From: Eledone cirrhosa
Taxonomy: Eukaryota
Assembly: GCA_964016885.1 (NCBI GenBank)
Contig: CAXHJY010001635.1
Location: 1 to 12,803, forward strand
DNA length: 12,803 nt
Direction of reading: 5' to 3'
Made by a program: the position numbers and the translations under genes. Each line of letters begins with the position of its first letter. The stretch's first letter is position 1. Of this stretch, positions 1 to 9,448 are shown one piece after another. Below the pieces are notes generated by a model, which did not search any database, was not told the DNA's origin, and worked only from the letters and a program-made list of their open reading frames with translations.

Positions 1-223
1 CATATATATATATACATATATACATATATATATATACATATATATACATATATATATATACATATATATACATATATATATATACATATATATACATATA
101 TATATATACATATATATATATATACATATATACATACATACATACATACATATATATATATACATACATACATATACATACATACATACATACATACATA
201 TACATATATATATACACACACAC
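1..223. repeat. (TA)n/(TACA)n compound microsatellite ending in (CA)n
   Basis: Almost only TA, CATA and CA units; runs off the window start. Confidence 0.97.
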
Positions 224-506
224 GTATTGTCCATTGCTATACATTCGCATATCATTTCAAGAGGTGTAAATGAAAAAAAAAAAAAGAAATGTTTTGTGAA
301 AAGAAAAAATAAATATACTAAATAAAGATGAAAAAATATTTAACCAAAAATATTGATAAAGAACAAGCGAACGAAATAATCATTGAAAGCAGACGACAAG
401 ATGAGAAGGACATTGTAGTGAGGAAATATCAAACGGTTTACTGATAGTTGTGTGTGACCAATTATAGGACCATTGGTGGAGGATGAGGTGTAAGGTTTAG
501 ATATCT

Positions 507-743
507 GAGAGAGAGAGGGTGGAAGGGAGAGAGGGTGGGGTGATAGGGGGTGAGGGGTGAGATAAGGGTGGAGAGAGAAGAATAGAGAGGGAGGGGTAGA
601 GAGAGGGGGTGGAGAGAGAGATGGATAGAGAGAGAGATGGAGAGAGAGAGAGATGGAGAGAGAGATGGAGGGAGGGGGGAGGGATAGAGAGAAATATGGA
701 GAGAGAGAGGGAGAGAGAGTGGTGGAGAAAAAGAGAGAGAGAG
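507..743 (+). repeat. Purine-rich (GA)n/GGA low-complexity tract
   Basis: Nearly all G/A with repeated gagagagatg units. Confidence 0.9.
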
Positions 744-804
744 TCAACCATTTTCACGACCATCAAACGCCTTATCCGTTCTATATAGAAATAATAGAAC
801 AAGA

Positions 805-1154
805 GAACAACTACAACTAAAACAACAACTATAACAACAACAACAACTACAACTACAATAACAACAACAACTAAAACAGCAACTACAACAACTAAGACAA
901 CTACAACAACAACTAAATAAACTAAAACAACAACTAAAACAACAACTAAAACAACAACTAAAACAACAACTACATCTACTACAACAACAACTACAACAAC
1001 AACTAAAACAACAACAACAACTACATCTACTACAACAACAACTAAAACAACAACAACAACAACTAAAACAAGAAGAGCACAACAACTACTAGAACAACTA
1101 CTACTACCGCAACTACTATAACAACTACAACTAAAATAACAACAACAACAACAA
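805..1154 (+). repeat. Degenerate (ACA)n/(ACT)n trinucleotide array with 12-bp acaacaactaaa units
   Basis: Repeated aacaacaactaa and actacatctact motifs. Confidence 0.92.
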
Positions 1155-1229
1155 TGTCTACAATATATAAGAACAGTGACTATGACTACGGAAAAGTTAA
1201 ACAACAATAGACTCACTCAAGATAGATCT

Positions 1230-1231
<2 letters not shown>

Positions 1232-1277
<46 letters not shown>

Positions 1278-1400
1278 TAACAACAACAACAATGACAACA
1301 ATAATAGTAATAATAATAATAATAATAACGGTAACAATAACAGCAACAACAATAACAACAACAATAACAACAACAATAACAACAACAACAATACTAATAA
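1232..1400 (+). repeat. (AAT)n then (AAC/AAT)n microsatellite
   Basis: Pure aat run at 1234-1273 followed by mixed aac/aat. Confidence 0.93.
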
Positions 1401-1487
1401 TGGTGATATGAAAAGTGAAACAAGAGACAAATCATCGAAATATAAGAGATAAGACTGAAGAATTTAAGTATTTTATCACAACTATGA

Positions 1488-1581
1488 CCCCCTCCTCCCC
1501 CCATTCATCTACCTCTACATCCTCCCCTTCCTCTCTTCCTCTACCTCCTCCCCCTACCCTCTTCCTCTAACCTCTCCCTCT
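1488..1581 (+). repeat. Polypyrimidine (C/T-rich) low-complexity tract
   Basis: cctccccc/ctctacctc units. Confidence 0.75.
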
Positions 1582-1740
1582 ACACTTGTCTTGCTTTAGT
1601 CTATATGTATATTTTTTATTCTCGTTTGTTTTGTTTTTTTTTGTTACTATTTTAAGTTTTTTTTATTTTTCAGCGGCGGCCGGGGGGGGTGGAGGAGAGT
1701 GGAGGTATGTGGGTGTTTGGAGTTCTGTTTTGTTATTGCC

Positions 1741-1954
1741 TGGCGAGGGGGGGGGTATTCTGGCGAGGGAGGTGGGGGTTATTCTGGCGAGGGAGGTGGG
1801 GGGTATTCTGGCGAGGGAGGGAGGGAGGGGGGTTATTCTGGTGAGGGAGGTGGGGGGTATTCTGGCGGGGGGGGGGTATTCTGGCGAGCGTGGAGGGGAG
1901 TATTCTGGTGAGGGGGGTGGGGTATGCTGGAGAGGGTGGAGGGGGTATTCTGGC
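1741..1954 (+). repeat. G-rich minisatellite, about 9 units of ~19-29 bp, consensus TGGCGAGGGAGGTGGGGGTATTC
   Basis: attctgg core recurs near 1757, 1781, 1805, 1834, 1859, 1878, 1902 and 1947, with a variant atgctgg at 1924. Confidence 0.92.
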
Positions 1955-2049
1955 AGTTTCTCTTGGGTTCTTTTCTTTGCTTTTTATATTTCATATTTTT
2001 TATATATATATTTTTTTGTTTTCACTCCCCCCCCCGTTTTCTTTTTACC

Positions 2050-2104
2050 TTCTCTCTCTCTATCTCTCTCTCTCTCTATCTATCTCTATCTCTCTCTCTC
2101 TCTC
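2050..2104 (+). repeat. (CT)n/(CTAT) microsatellite
   Basis: Direct reading. Confidence 0.93.
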
Positions 2105-2239
2105 ATTCACCTCCCAAATTTTTACAAATGGTTTCTAGATAAGAGAAATGCCGTGGGCTCCTTTTTCCTGTATAACTGAATTTCAGCTTCCATCAACACC
2201 GGCGTTGTAACCATCCCCATCATCATCGTCAATAACATA

Positions 2240-2530
2240 TATAATAATAATAAAGAGCAGCAGCAGCAGTAGCAGCAGCAATGATATCAACTTTGGTAAC
2301 AGCAACAACAGCAGCTGCTGCAGTAACAACAACAACAACAACAACAGTATCAAGAAAAATAGTAATAAATAGCCGCTGTTATGATAGCTGCCGCCTTTTC
2401 AGTATAAACCACAATAACAACACCAACAGCAACAAAAACACCAATAACAACAACAGCAACAACAATAACAACACCAACTACAAGACCAGCAACAACAAGA
2501 ACATCACCAACAACAACAACGACAATGATG
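2240..2530 (+). repeat. Mixed (AAT)/(CAG)/(AAC) trinucleotide low-complexity region
   Basis: Runs of aat, agc and aac interspersed with short unique segments. Confidence 0.8.
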
Positions 2531-2803
2531 ACATCAAGTATATAAGAACAACTGTAATGGTAACATCCTCGTTAAGATTATATATAACGAACCATTGAGA
2601 ACTTCTGCCTGGATGATTAACCTGCTAAAAATAGCAACTAAATATTTCCTCAAGTAACACTTTTCTGTCTTAAAAATCGAAGGACACGTTCGATAAGTTT
2701 GTCCCCTAATATGCTACGATGGATGATCTCGGTTATAAGATATTTAGGGAATAGATTTATTGATTTCTCTTTGGCCAGGGCCTAGAAACAACACCAACAA
2801 CAG

Positions 2804-2845
<42 letters not shown>

Positions 2846-2849
2846 GGTA

Positions 2850-2906
2850 GGCTTCTGGACAATGGTAACACATTGGTCCGGCAAACCAAAGATGTGGGTT
2901 CGTGTC
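2850..2906 (+). pseudogene. tRNA-like head (tRNA pseudogene or 5' end of a tRNA-derived SINE)
   Basis: A-box-like TGGACAATGGT (2856-2866), 5-bp stem TTGGT/ACCAA around a 7-nt loop CCGGCAA (2873-2889), B-box-like GGTTCGTGTC (2897-2906); 3' T-stem and acceptor strand missing. Confidence 0.5.
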
Positions 2907-3014
2907 AATATTCATCCCTTTTTCCACTCAGTTAGGATTTAAAAAAAAACCTCTAACAAACTAATTCTATTTAGTCAAATACGGCGTAAGCACATGTTAC
3001 TACCTTTTTATATA

Positions 3015-3065
<51 letters not shown>

Positions 3066-3102
3066 GTATATAATTTATATATATATATATATGAGGTATA
3101 TA

Positions 3103-3133
<31 letters not shown>

Positions 3134-3136
<3 letters not shown>

Positions 3137-3237
3137 AATTAATATTAATAATTCCGGAAAAACCATTCTGTTGAGTGCTTCCAATCTATTGTAAAACTAA
3201 TTCTTTGATTTATTCATTGAACCTTGTTTAACCTTTA

Positions 3238-3269
<32 letters not shown>

Positions 3270-3388
3270 TATATATAAATATAACCAAAAGCTTAACAAG
3301 GTTCATTGATTAATCAATGAATAAAGTTTTATAATAGATTAGAAGCACTCGACAGAGAGGTTTTCTGGATTTATTAATATTAATTCAA
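3134..3388. repeat. Imperfect inverted repeat with ~100-bp arms (3134-3236 / 3287-3388) around a (TA)n spacer
   Basis: ttgaattaatattaataa...gagtgctt...aatctatt...gaaccttgtt is mirrored by its reverse complement, roughly 80-85% identical by eye. Confidence 0.9.
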
Positions 3389-3545
3389 AATATTAATAAA
3401 TATAGACATTCAGGTGATCAAATATATTTTATTATACATATTTCAGAGGTACTGAGCTATTTCATCAGTACGTCCTCATCAGATAAAATAAATTGATGTC
3501 TGACATACCTCAACTGTGCTGATGGTTCAATTCCAGTCAAGACAG

Positions 3546-3547
<2 letters not shown>
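3287..3547 (-). mobile_element. Possible decayed Penelope-like/retrozyme terminal fragment with a degenerate hammerhead-like motif
   Basis: Minus strand reads CTGATGA-GGACGTACTGAT-GAAA-TAGCT-CAG (3482-3452); flanked by (TA)n on both sides; its 3' end is duplicated in inverted orientation. Confidence 0.35.
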
Positions 3548-3596
<49 letters not shown>

Positions 3597-3774
3597 GTAT
3601 AAACCGAAGTTTTAGCTGTCATACAGCGAATACAATTCGATTTGTTTGAGGCAATCACAAAGCACTCTATGGGTCGAGAGTTAAAAACATTAGGTCGAGA
3701 GTACACATAACAGGTTTAAAGTGTGACACCAACTGAAGGAACTGGTCATACATATAACAAAGATAGATACAGTA

Positions 3775-3895
3775 TGTTGTGTAGGTGAGTGTATGTGTGG
3801 GTGTGGGAGACTGTGTAGGTGTGTGTGTGTGTGTGTGCGTGTGTGTGTGTGTGTGTGCGTGTGTGTGTGACTGTAGGTGAGTGTATGTGTGAGTG
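3775..3895 (+). repeat. (TG)n-rich microsatellite
   Basis: Direct reading. Confidence 0.9.
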
Positions 3896-3896
3896 A

Positions 3897-4512
3897 TTGG
3901 TGGTGATGGTGGTGATGATAGTGGTGGTGGAAGTAATGGTGGTGATAGTGATGGTGGAGGTGGAGGTGGAGGTGGTGGTGGAGGTGATAGTGAAGGTGGT
4001 GGTGGTTGTGATAGTGAAGGTGGTGGTGGTTGTGATAGTCATGGTGGTGGTGGTTGTGGTGATAGTGTTGGTGGTGGTGGTGATAATGGTGGTGGAGGTG
4101 GTGATAATGGTTAGGAGGTGGTAGGTGGTGGTGGGTGATAATGGTGATGGAGGTGGTGGTGGTGATGATGGAGGAGGTGGTGGTGGTGGTGGTTGTGGTG
4201 ATAGTGTTGGTGGTGGTGATAATGGTTAGGAGGTGGTAGGTGGTGGTGGGTGATAATGGTGATGGAGGTGGTGGTGGTGATGATGGAGGAGGTGGTGGTG
4301 GTGGTGGTTGTGGTGATAGTGTTGGTGGTGGTGGTGGTTGTGATAGTCATGGTGGTGGTTGTGGTGATAGTGTTGGTGTTGGTGGTGATAATGGTGGTGG
4401 AGGTGGTGGTGGTGATAATGGTTAGGAGGTGGTGGTGGTGGTGATGATGATGGAGGTGGTGGTGGTGGTGATGATGGTGGTGATGATGATGGTGGTGGTG
4501 ATGGAGGTGGTG
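3897..4512 (+). repeat. (GGT)n/(GAT) degenerate trinucleotide array with an internal 115-bp tandem duplication
   Basis: ggt-dominated; the marker gttagg occurs at 4110, 4225 and 4421. Confidence 0.93.
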
Positions 4513-4669
4513 AAGTCGAGAGAAACTAAAGATATTCCAATACAGACATTGTTGTGGTTGGTGACAGGAGATAGAAACCCTTAAATTAATAATAACCTTT
4601 GCAATAGGAACAAAGATGGCGGTTGTAAGGAAGACATACATTGTATATATATATATATAAGGGCGGAGC

Positions 4670-4985
4670 TGATGTTGGTGGTGGCGGTGGTGGTGGGGGA
4701 GATGGCGCTGATGGTGGTGGAGATGGCGCTGATGGTGGTGGAGATGGTGGTGATGGTGGTGGAGATGGTGGTGATGGTGGTGGAGATGGTGGTGATGGTG
4801 GTGGAGATGGTGGTGGTGGTGGAGATGGTGGTGGTGGTGGAGATGGTGGTGGTGATGGTGGAGATGGTGGAGATGGTGGTGATGGTGGTGGAGATGGTGG
4901 TGGAGATGGTGGAGATGGTGGAGATGGTGGTGGTGATGGAAATAGTGGTGGTGTTGGTGGAGATGGTGGTAGAGGTGGTGGCGGT
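4670..4985 (+). repeat. (GGT)n/GGAGAT array with 18-21 bp higher-order units (ggagatggtggtgatggtggt)
   Basis: Repeated ggagatggtggt units. Confidence 0.93.
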
Positions 4986-5197
4986 GCAGAAAGTAGATGT
5001 ATAGAATAGGAGGTGTGGTTAGAGATATCGTTGTATGTTGTATAGGGGGGGTGGCAGTTGTAGGGGGAGACTGGTGCATGTTGTGTGGGAGGGGGGGGGC
5101 TGTTGTACGGAGACAAAAAAATTAGCTGTTTTATCGTCTTGACGGTGTTTCTTATCTATTTTTTTTTTTAAATATGCGGGTTAAGTTGGTGGTAATC

Positions 5198-5350
5198 TGA
5201 GGGGGTGTGAGGAGAGAGAGAGGGGGTTGTGAGGAGAGAGAGAGGGGGTTGTGAGGAGAGAGAGGGGGTTGTGAGGAGAGAGAGAGGGGTTGTGAGGAGA
5301 GAGAGAGAGGGTTGTGAGGAGAGAGAGAGGGTTGTGAGGAGAGGAGAGAG
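5198..5350 (+). repeat. Minisatellite, about 7 units of 20-22 bp, consensus GAGGGGGTTGTGAGGAGAGAGA
   Basis: gtgaggagag core recurs seven times with variable GA and G runs. Confidence 0.92.
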
Positions 5351-5355
5351 ATTAT

Positions 5356-5573
5356 TGACAGTATCGGTAGAGTGACAGACCCCATGCTTTGCAGCATAGA
5401 GTTATGGCCCTTTGAGTTCTGAGTTCAAATCCCGACGAGGTTAACTTTGCCTTTCATCCTTACGGGGTCGATAAAATAAAGTACCAGTCATGCACTGGGT
5501 TGTCGATTTAATCGACTTTCCCCTCCCCCAAAATTACTGGCCTTGTGCCTATACTAGAAATCATTATTATTAT
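5356..5573 (+). mobile_element. tRNA-derived SINE, near full length (resembles abundant octopus SINEs)
   Basis: A-box-like TGACAGTATCGG (5356-5367), B-box GTTCAAATCC (5423-5432), body gcctttcatccttacggggtcgataaaataaagtaccag, hairpins ccagt-catgc-actgg and gtcgat-tta-atcgac, (ATT)n tail; the family resemblance is from recall. Confidence 0.8.
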
Positions 5574-5575
5574 AC

Positions 5576-5684
5576 GATTGGTAGAGCGTCGAACATGATT
5601 TGCGGCATTGAGTTATGGCCCTTTATGTTCCGAGATCAAATTCCGCCGATGTTAACTTTGCCTCTCATAAAATAAAGCACCAGT
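5576..5684 (+). mobile_element. Second, diverged and truncated copy of the same SINE directly after the first
   Basis: Shares ggtagag, gagttatggcccttt, tcaaat, gttaactttgcct and aaaataaag.accagt with 5366-5488. Confidence 0.82.
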
Positions 5685-5924
5685 TATGTAAACAAAGTTG
5701 TCAATATGTAATCTTTGAGGTAATTACACTCCATGACTCTTTTATCTGTTCCAGCCATCCTGCTGAGGCCATGCTGGGGCACTGCCCCTATTGTATAAAA
5801 TATACAGCAAACTGGTACAGAACTTTTGCACAGCATTTGTGTAAATATCTAAATATATATTTTAAAACAATAAGATGGAAAGTAACACAAAATATATACA
5901 TTAGATGCATTGTTGAATATTTGA

Positions 5925-5990
<66 letters not shown>
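5925..5990 (+). repeat. (GATA)n tetranucleotide microsatellite, about 16 units
   Basis: Perfect atag run. Confidence 0.97.
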
Positions 5991-6059
5991 GGACAGAATG
6001 CAAAGAAAAGGATGAATCAACGGAAACATTTTTCATTGAATATAAACTTCTTGAATACA

Positions 6060-6146
6060 TCTACACCGCCACCACTACACCACCACCACATCTACACCAC
6101 CACTACTAGACCACCACACCACCACCACCACTACACCACCACCACA
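6060..6146 (+). repeat. (CCA/CTA)n degenerate trinucleotide tract
   Basis: caccaccac/ctacacc units. Confidence 0.85.
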
Positions 6147-6229
6147 AATATAAACCAATTCCTCCAGGCCTAATATCTATACACATGCATTAGAAAGTAA
6201 AACAAGCACTGGCGCGTACGTACATAGAT

Positions 6230-6277
<48 letters not shown>

Positions 6278-6354
6278 ATCTAGGTATATGTGTTTGAGAT
6301 GGAAGCTGATACTGATATCCAAACAAATTGAAATTTAATGAAGCAATGACTTTA

Positions 6355-6417
<63 letters not shown>

Positions 6418-6418
<1 letters not shown>

Positions 6419-6617
6419 TGTTATACTTGGGGAGGGTCATATTTGTGTAATAATATTGCCAGAATTAATAACAGAACACACTCACTGTTTGGTTGGTTTT
6501 CGCTTCTGTGTCTTTTATATCGGTTAATTTAATTTATTCGGTCCTCAATGAGTTAAATTAACCGATATAAAAGACACAGAAGCGAAAACCAACCAAACAG
6601 TGAGTGTGTTCTGTTAT
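6418..6617. mobile_element. Asymmetric fold-back element between (TA)n tracts: perfect 65-bp inverted repeat plus a 50-bp one-sided extension
   Basis: 6468-6532 is the exact reverse complement of 6553-6617; the 20-nt centre is partly self-complementary; mobile nature is inferred. Confidence 0.6.
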
Positions 6618-6663
6618 ATATATATATATATACATACATATGTATATATATATGTATATATAC

Positions 6664-6694
<31 letters not shown>

Positions 6695-6711
6695 CATATA
6701 TGTATATATAC

Positions 6712-6742
<31 letters not shown>

Positions 6743-6759
6743 CATATATGTATATATAC

Positions 6760-6792
<33 letters not shown>

Positions 6793-6887
6793 CATATATG
6801 TATATATATACATATATATATATACATATATGTATATATACATATATATATATATACATATATATATATACATATATGTATATATAC

Positions 6888-6934
<47 letters not shown>

Positions 6935-6943
6935 CATATATAC

Positions 6944-6992
<49 letters not shown>

Positions 6993-7057
6993 CATATATA
7001 CATATATATATACATATATACATATATATATACATATATATATATATACATATATAC

Positions 7058-7108
<51 letters not shown>

Positions 7109-7138
7109 CAATATATATATATACATATATACATATAC

Positions 7139-7183
<45 letters not shown>

Positions 7184-7194
7184 CATATATATAC

Positions 7195-7225
<31 letters not shown>

Positions 7226-7226
7226 C

Positions 7227-7263
<37 letters not shown>
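6618..7263. repeat. Long (TA)n/CATA compound microsatellite, about 650 bp
   Basis: Direct reading; early part has repeating catatatgtatatata units. Confidence 0.97.
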
Positions 7264-7456
7264 AGCAAGGAATTGTGGTAAGGAACCAGATGGACCATAA
7301 CGCACCAGAGTACTCAATACTTAAGGTAGTAGAGTGGGTAATAGGAGAAAGTATGACCTCGACGGCAGAGCTCAAGCCGTTTCGACGGCTATTTCTGGAC
7401 GTCCGGAAATAGCCGTCGAAACGGCTTGAGCTCTGCCGTCGGGGTCATACTTTCCC
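7264..7456 (-). mobile_element. ~190-bp hairpin element, copy A (Penelope-like/retrozyme-like, inferred)
   Basis: Loopless palindrome 7347-7454 centred on GGAC|GTCC (7400/7401), 54-bp arms with 2 mismatches, plus an unpaired tail 7264-7346; (TA)n on both sides; homologous to 11823-12014 in inverted orientation. Confidence 0.75.
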
Positions 7457-7487
<31 letters not shown>

Positions 7488-8132
7488 ACTATAGAACTAA
7501 GAACGTACTGTGAATAAGTTACTTTGAATCCCTTGAAATTACACACAGAAATTAGAAAACTCGTTTTTCTTTAATGATAATTCTTATCAAAAGAGTCAAG
7601 GGAAAGCAACTCTAAAGTTTAAATTGATTACAATTTGAATATAAGTTATGTAATGGAAACAAATGTAATCTGTGATATGTACCAATGTAACTTTATAGAT
7701 GCTGCAATGTTACATCTTAGTTTGTCAGTTCTTGACATTAATCCAGGCTTTCGTTGTTGTAATGAATAAACCAGTCTATGACAAACACCTTGTAGTCAAG
7801 AAGTCATTTAAACAACTTCTTTCTTCTTTGTTCTTGCTCGATGGGACTTGGGTTATCCTAGGTCAGTGATCCCCGAGGCGTCATCGGGCGTAGAACCAAC
7901 CAAGTGCATTAGATTGTGTGTGGGGAATAGGGATGTGGGAGCTATCGTCGTTCTCGTGAGTAGGACTAGGACAGGGGTGGGGATGAAGAACACAATTAAA
8001 AGGGAATGTTGAGTAAGATGATGATGATGATGATATTAAAGGAGGAATAGAAGGAGATGGAGTCGAATGAAAAAACGAGGATTTAAGTAAAACAGAAACT
8101 AAGAATGTAACAATGATTCGAAAGTATTTACA

Positions 8133-8184
8133 TAGAGAGATAGAGAGAGAGAGAGATAGAGAGAGAGATGGAGAGAGAGAAAGC

Positions 8185-8220
<36 letters not shown>

Positions 8221-8287
8221 AGAGGAGAGAAAGAGAGAGAGAGAGAGAAAGAGAGAGATGAGAGAGAGAAAAGAGAGAGAGAGAGAC
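8133..8287 (+). repeat. (GA)n microsatellite, interrupted
   Basis: Direct reading. Confidence 0.95.
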
Positions 8288-8498
8288 TGATATGAGTATA
8301 AGGAAGCTCACATAAATACAAGAGGAATATAGTTAGTCACATAGGTACTCACCCGTGTAAGCATGTATATATATATATATATATATATATTATACATAAA
8401 TATATACACACACACAGAGAGAGACAAACTTGTTTAAATATACACGAAACATTATAGTCATTAAACATAGTCATTAAAAATACAATTCACACACACAT

Positions 8499-8554
<56 letters not shown>

Positions 8555-8577
8555 GTGTGTGTGTGAGAGAGAGAGAG
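8499..8577 (+). repeat. (TA)(TG)n(GA)n compound microsatellite
   Basis: Direct reading. Confidence 0.93.
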
Positions 8578-8707
8578 TAGGGAGGGAGAGAAAGGAGAAA
8601 AACAGACAGATACGAAAAGGGTACTAATGTTTAATCACATAGACACACACACACACACACAATACATATATACATACATACACAAGAAAATGGTAGAGAG
8701 AGAGAAT

Positions 8708-8977
8708 GGGTTAGATGGGGAAAAAGTGGGAAGGAAGGAGAGAAAGAGAGAGAGACGGAGAGAGAGAGAGAGAGAGAGACGAGACAGAGAGAGAGATAGA
8801 GAGAGAGAGAGGGGGGATTAAGAGAGCGAAAAAGTGGGAAGGAAAGAGTGAAAGAGAAAGAGAGAGACAGAGAGAAAAGGTTAGAGAGCGAAAAAAGTGG
8901 GAAGGAAGGAGTGAAAGAGAGAGAGAGAGAGAGTAAGGGCTAGAGAGCGAAAAAGTGGGAAGGAAGGAGTGAAAGAC
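8708..8977 (+). repeat. Four copies of a ~40-bp purine-rich unit (agagagcgaaaaagtgggaaggaaggagtgaaaga) separated by variable (GA)n
   Basis: aaaaagtgggaaggaa recurs near 8721, 8829, 8893 and 8950. Confidence 0.88.
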
Positions 8978-9278
8978 GAGAACGAGAGTGAGAGAGATAA
9001 AGAGAAGAACCAAGATGGCTGCTTGGCGTGAATTGTTGATAGATTTGTCGGGTCTACTGAGTAAATGACTTGCCGCTAATATCTACAAAGAAAATAGTGT
9101 GGAGCTAATGTATGAGCGAAACATAGGATATGAGATTTAGTTTTCCTCTTGTGTGGCATTATTATATCACACCTATGTAGAATTACAAAGCTTTTATGAC
9201 TCAGATAGTTTTTTCTTCACATAATAGCCCGCGAAATATATCTAATATAGAAATAGCCATTTTGTATTGACGATACCG

Positions 9279-9314
9279 TATATGTATACATATATAAATA
9301 CATATATATGTATA

Positions 9315-9351
<37 letters not shown>

Positions 9352-9384
9352 ATATATATAATGTGTGTGTGTGTGTGTGTGTGT

Positions 9385-9448
<64 letters not shown>

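Noticed and set aside
340-1430. Poly-Val, poly-Cys, poly-Leu and Ser/Leu ORFs (metallothionein- or membrane-protein-like look)
   Set aside because: Produced by (AAC)n, (AAT)n and (GA)n repeats read on the minus strand
1586-2179. ORFs with GGGYSGE or LAREVGGI repeats behind an acceptor-like ttttcag
   Set aside because: Minisatellite units vary by lengths that are not multiples of 3, so the frame is not maintained
3591-3615. tatgaggtata (also near 3061 and 3091) and tacagggctgtcc at 9841 as Tc1/mariner TIR starts
   Set aside because: Matches are too short and no partner inverted terminus or transposase remnant is visible
4111-5116. His-rich (322 aa), extensin-like SPPP (176 aa) and Gly/Asp-rich ORFs
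   Set aside because: They are alternative frames of GGT/GAT repeats, open in several frames on both strands, run through a (TA)n tract, and show no signal peptide or convincing splice structure
5733-5790. Splice-acceptor-like ttttatctgttccag followed by a possible exon
   Set aside because: No supportable reading frame or donor; ggccatgctggggcactgcc looks more like a fragment of an interspersed repeat, but that cannot be confirmed here
6553-7412. Long YI/YIC/YIH ORFs, also at 9267-9937 and 10351-12667
   Set aside because: Stop-free translations of (TA)n/(CATA)n microsatellites
8708-8977. CRISPR-like repeat-spacer appearance
   Set aside because: Spacers are (GA)n of uneven length, repeats are degenerate and non-palindromic, there are no cas genes, and the context is eukaryotic
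9012-9023. YY1-like CAAGATGGCTGC motif with an ATG (similar motif at 4613)
   Set aside because: Short motif, the ORF ends after 17 codons, and there is no promoter context
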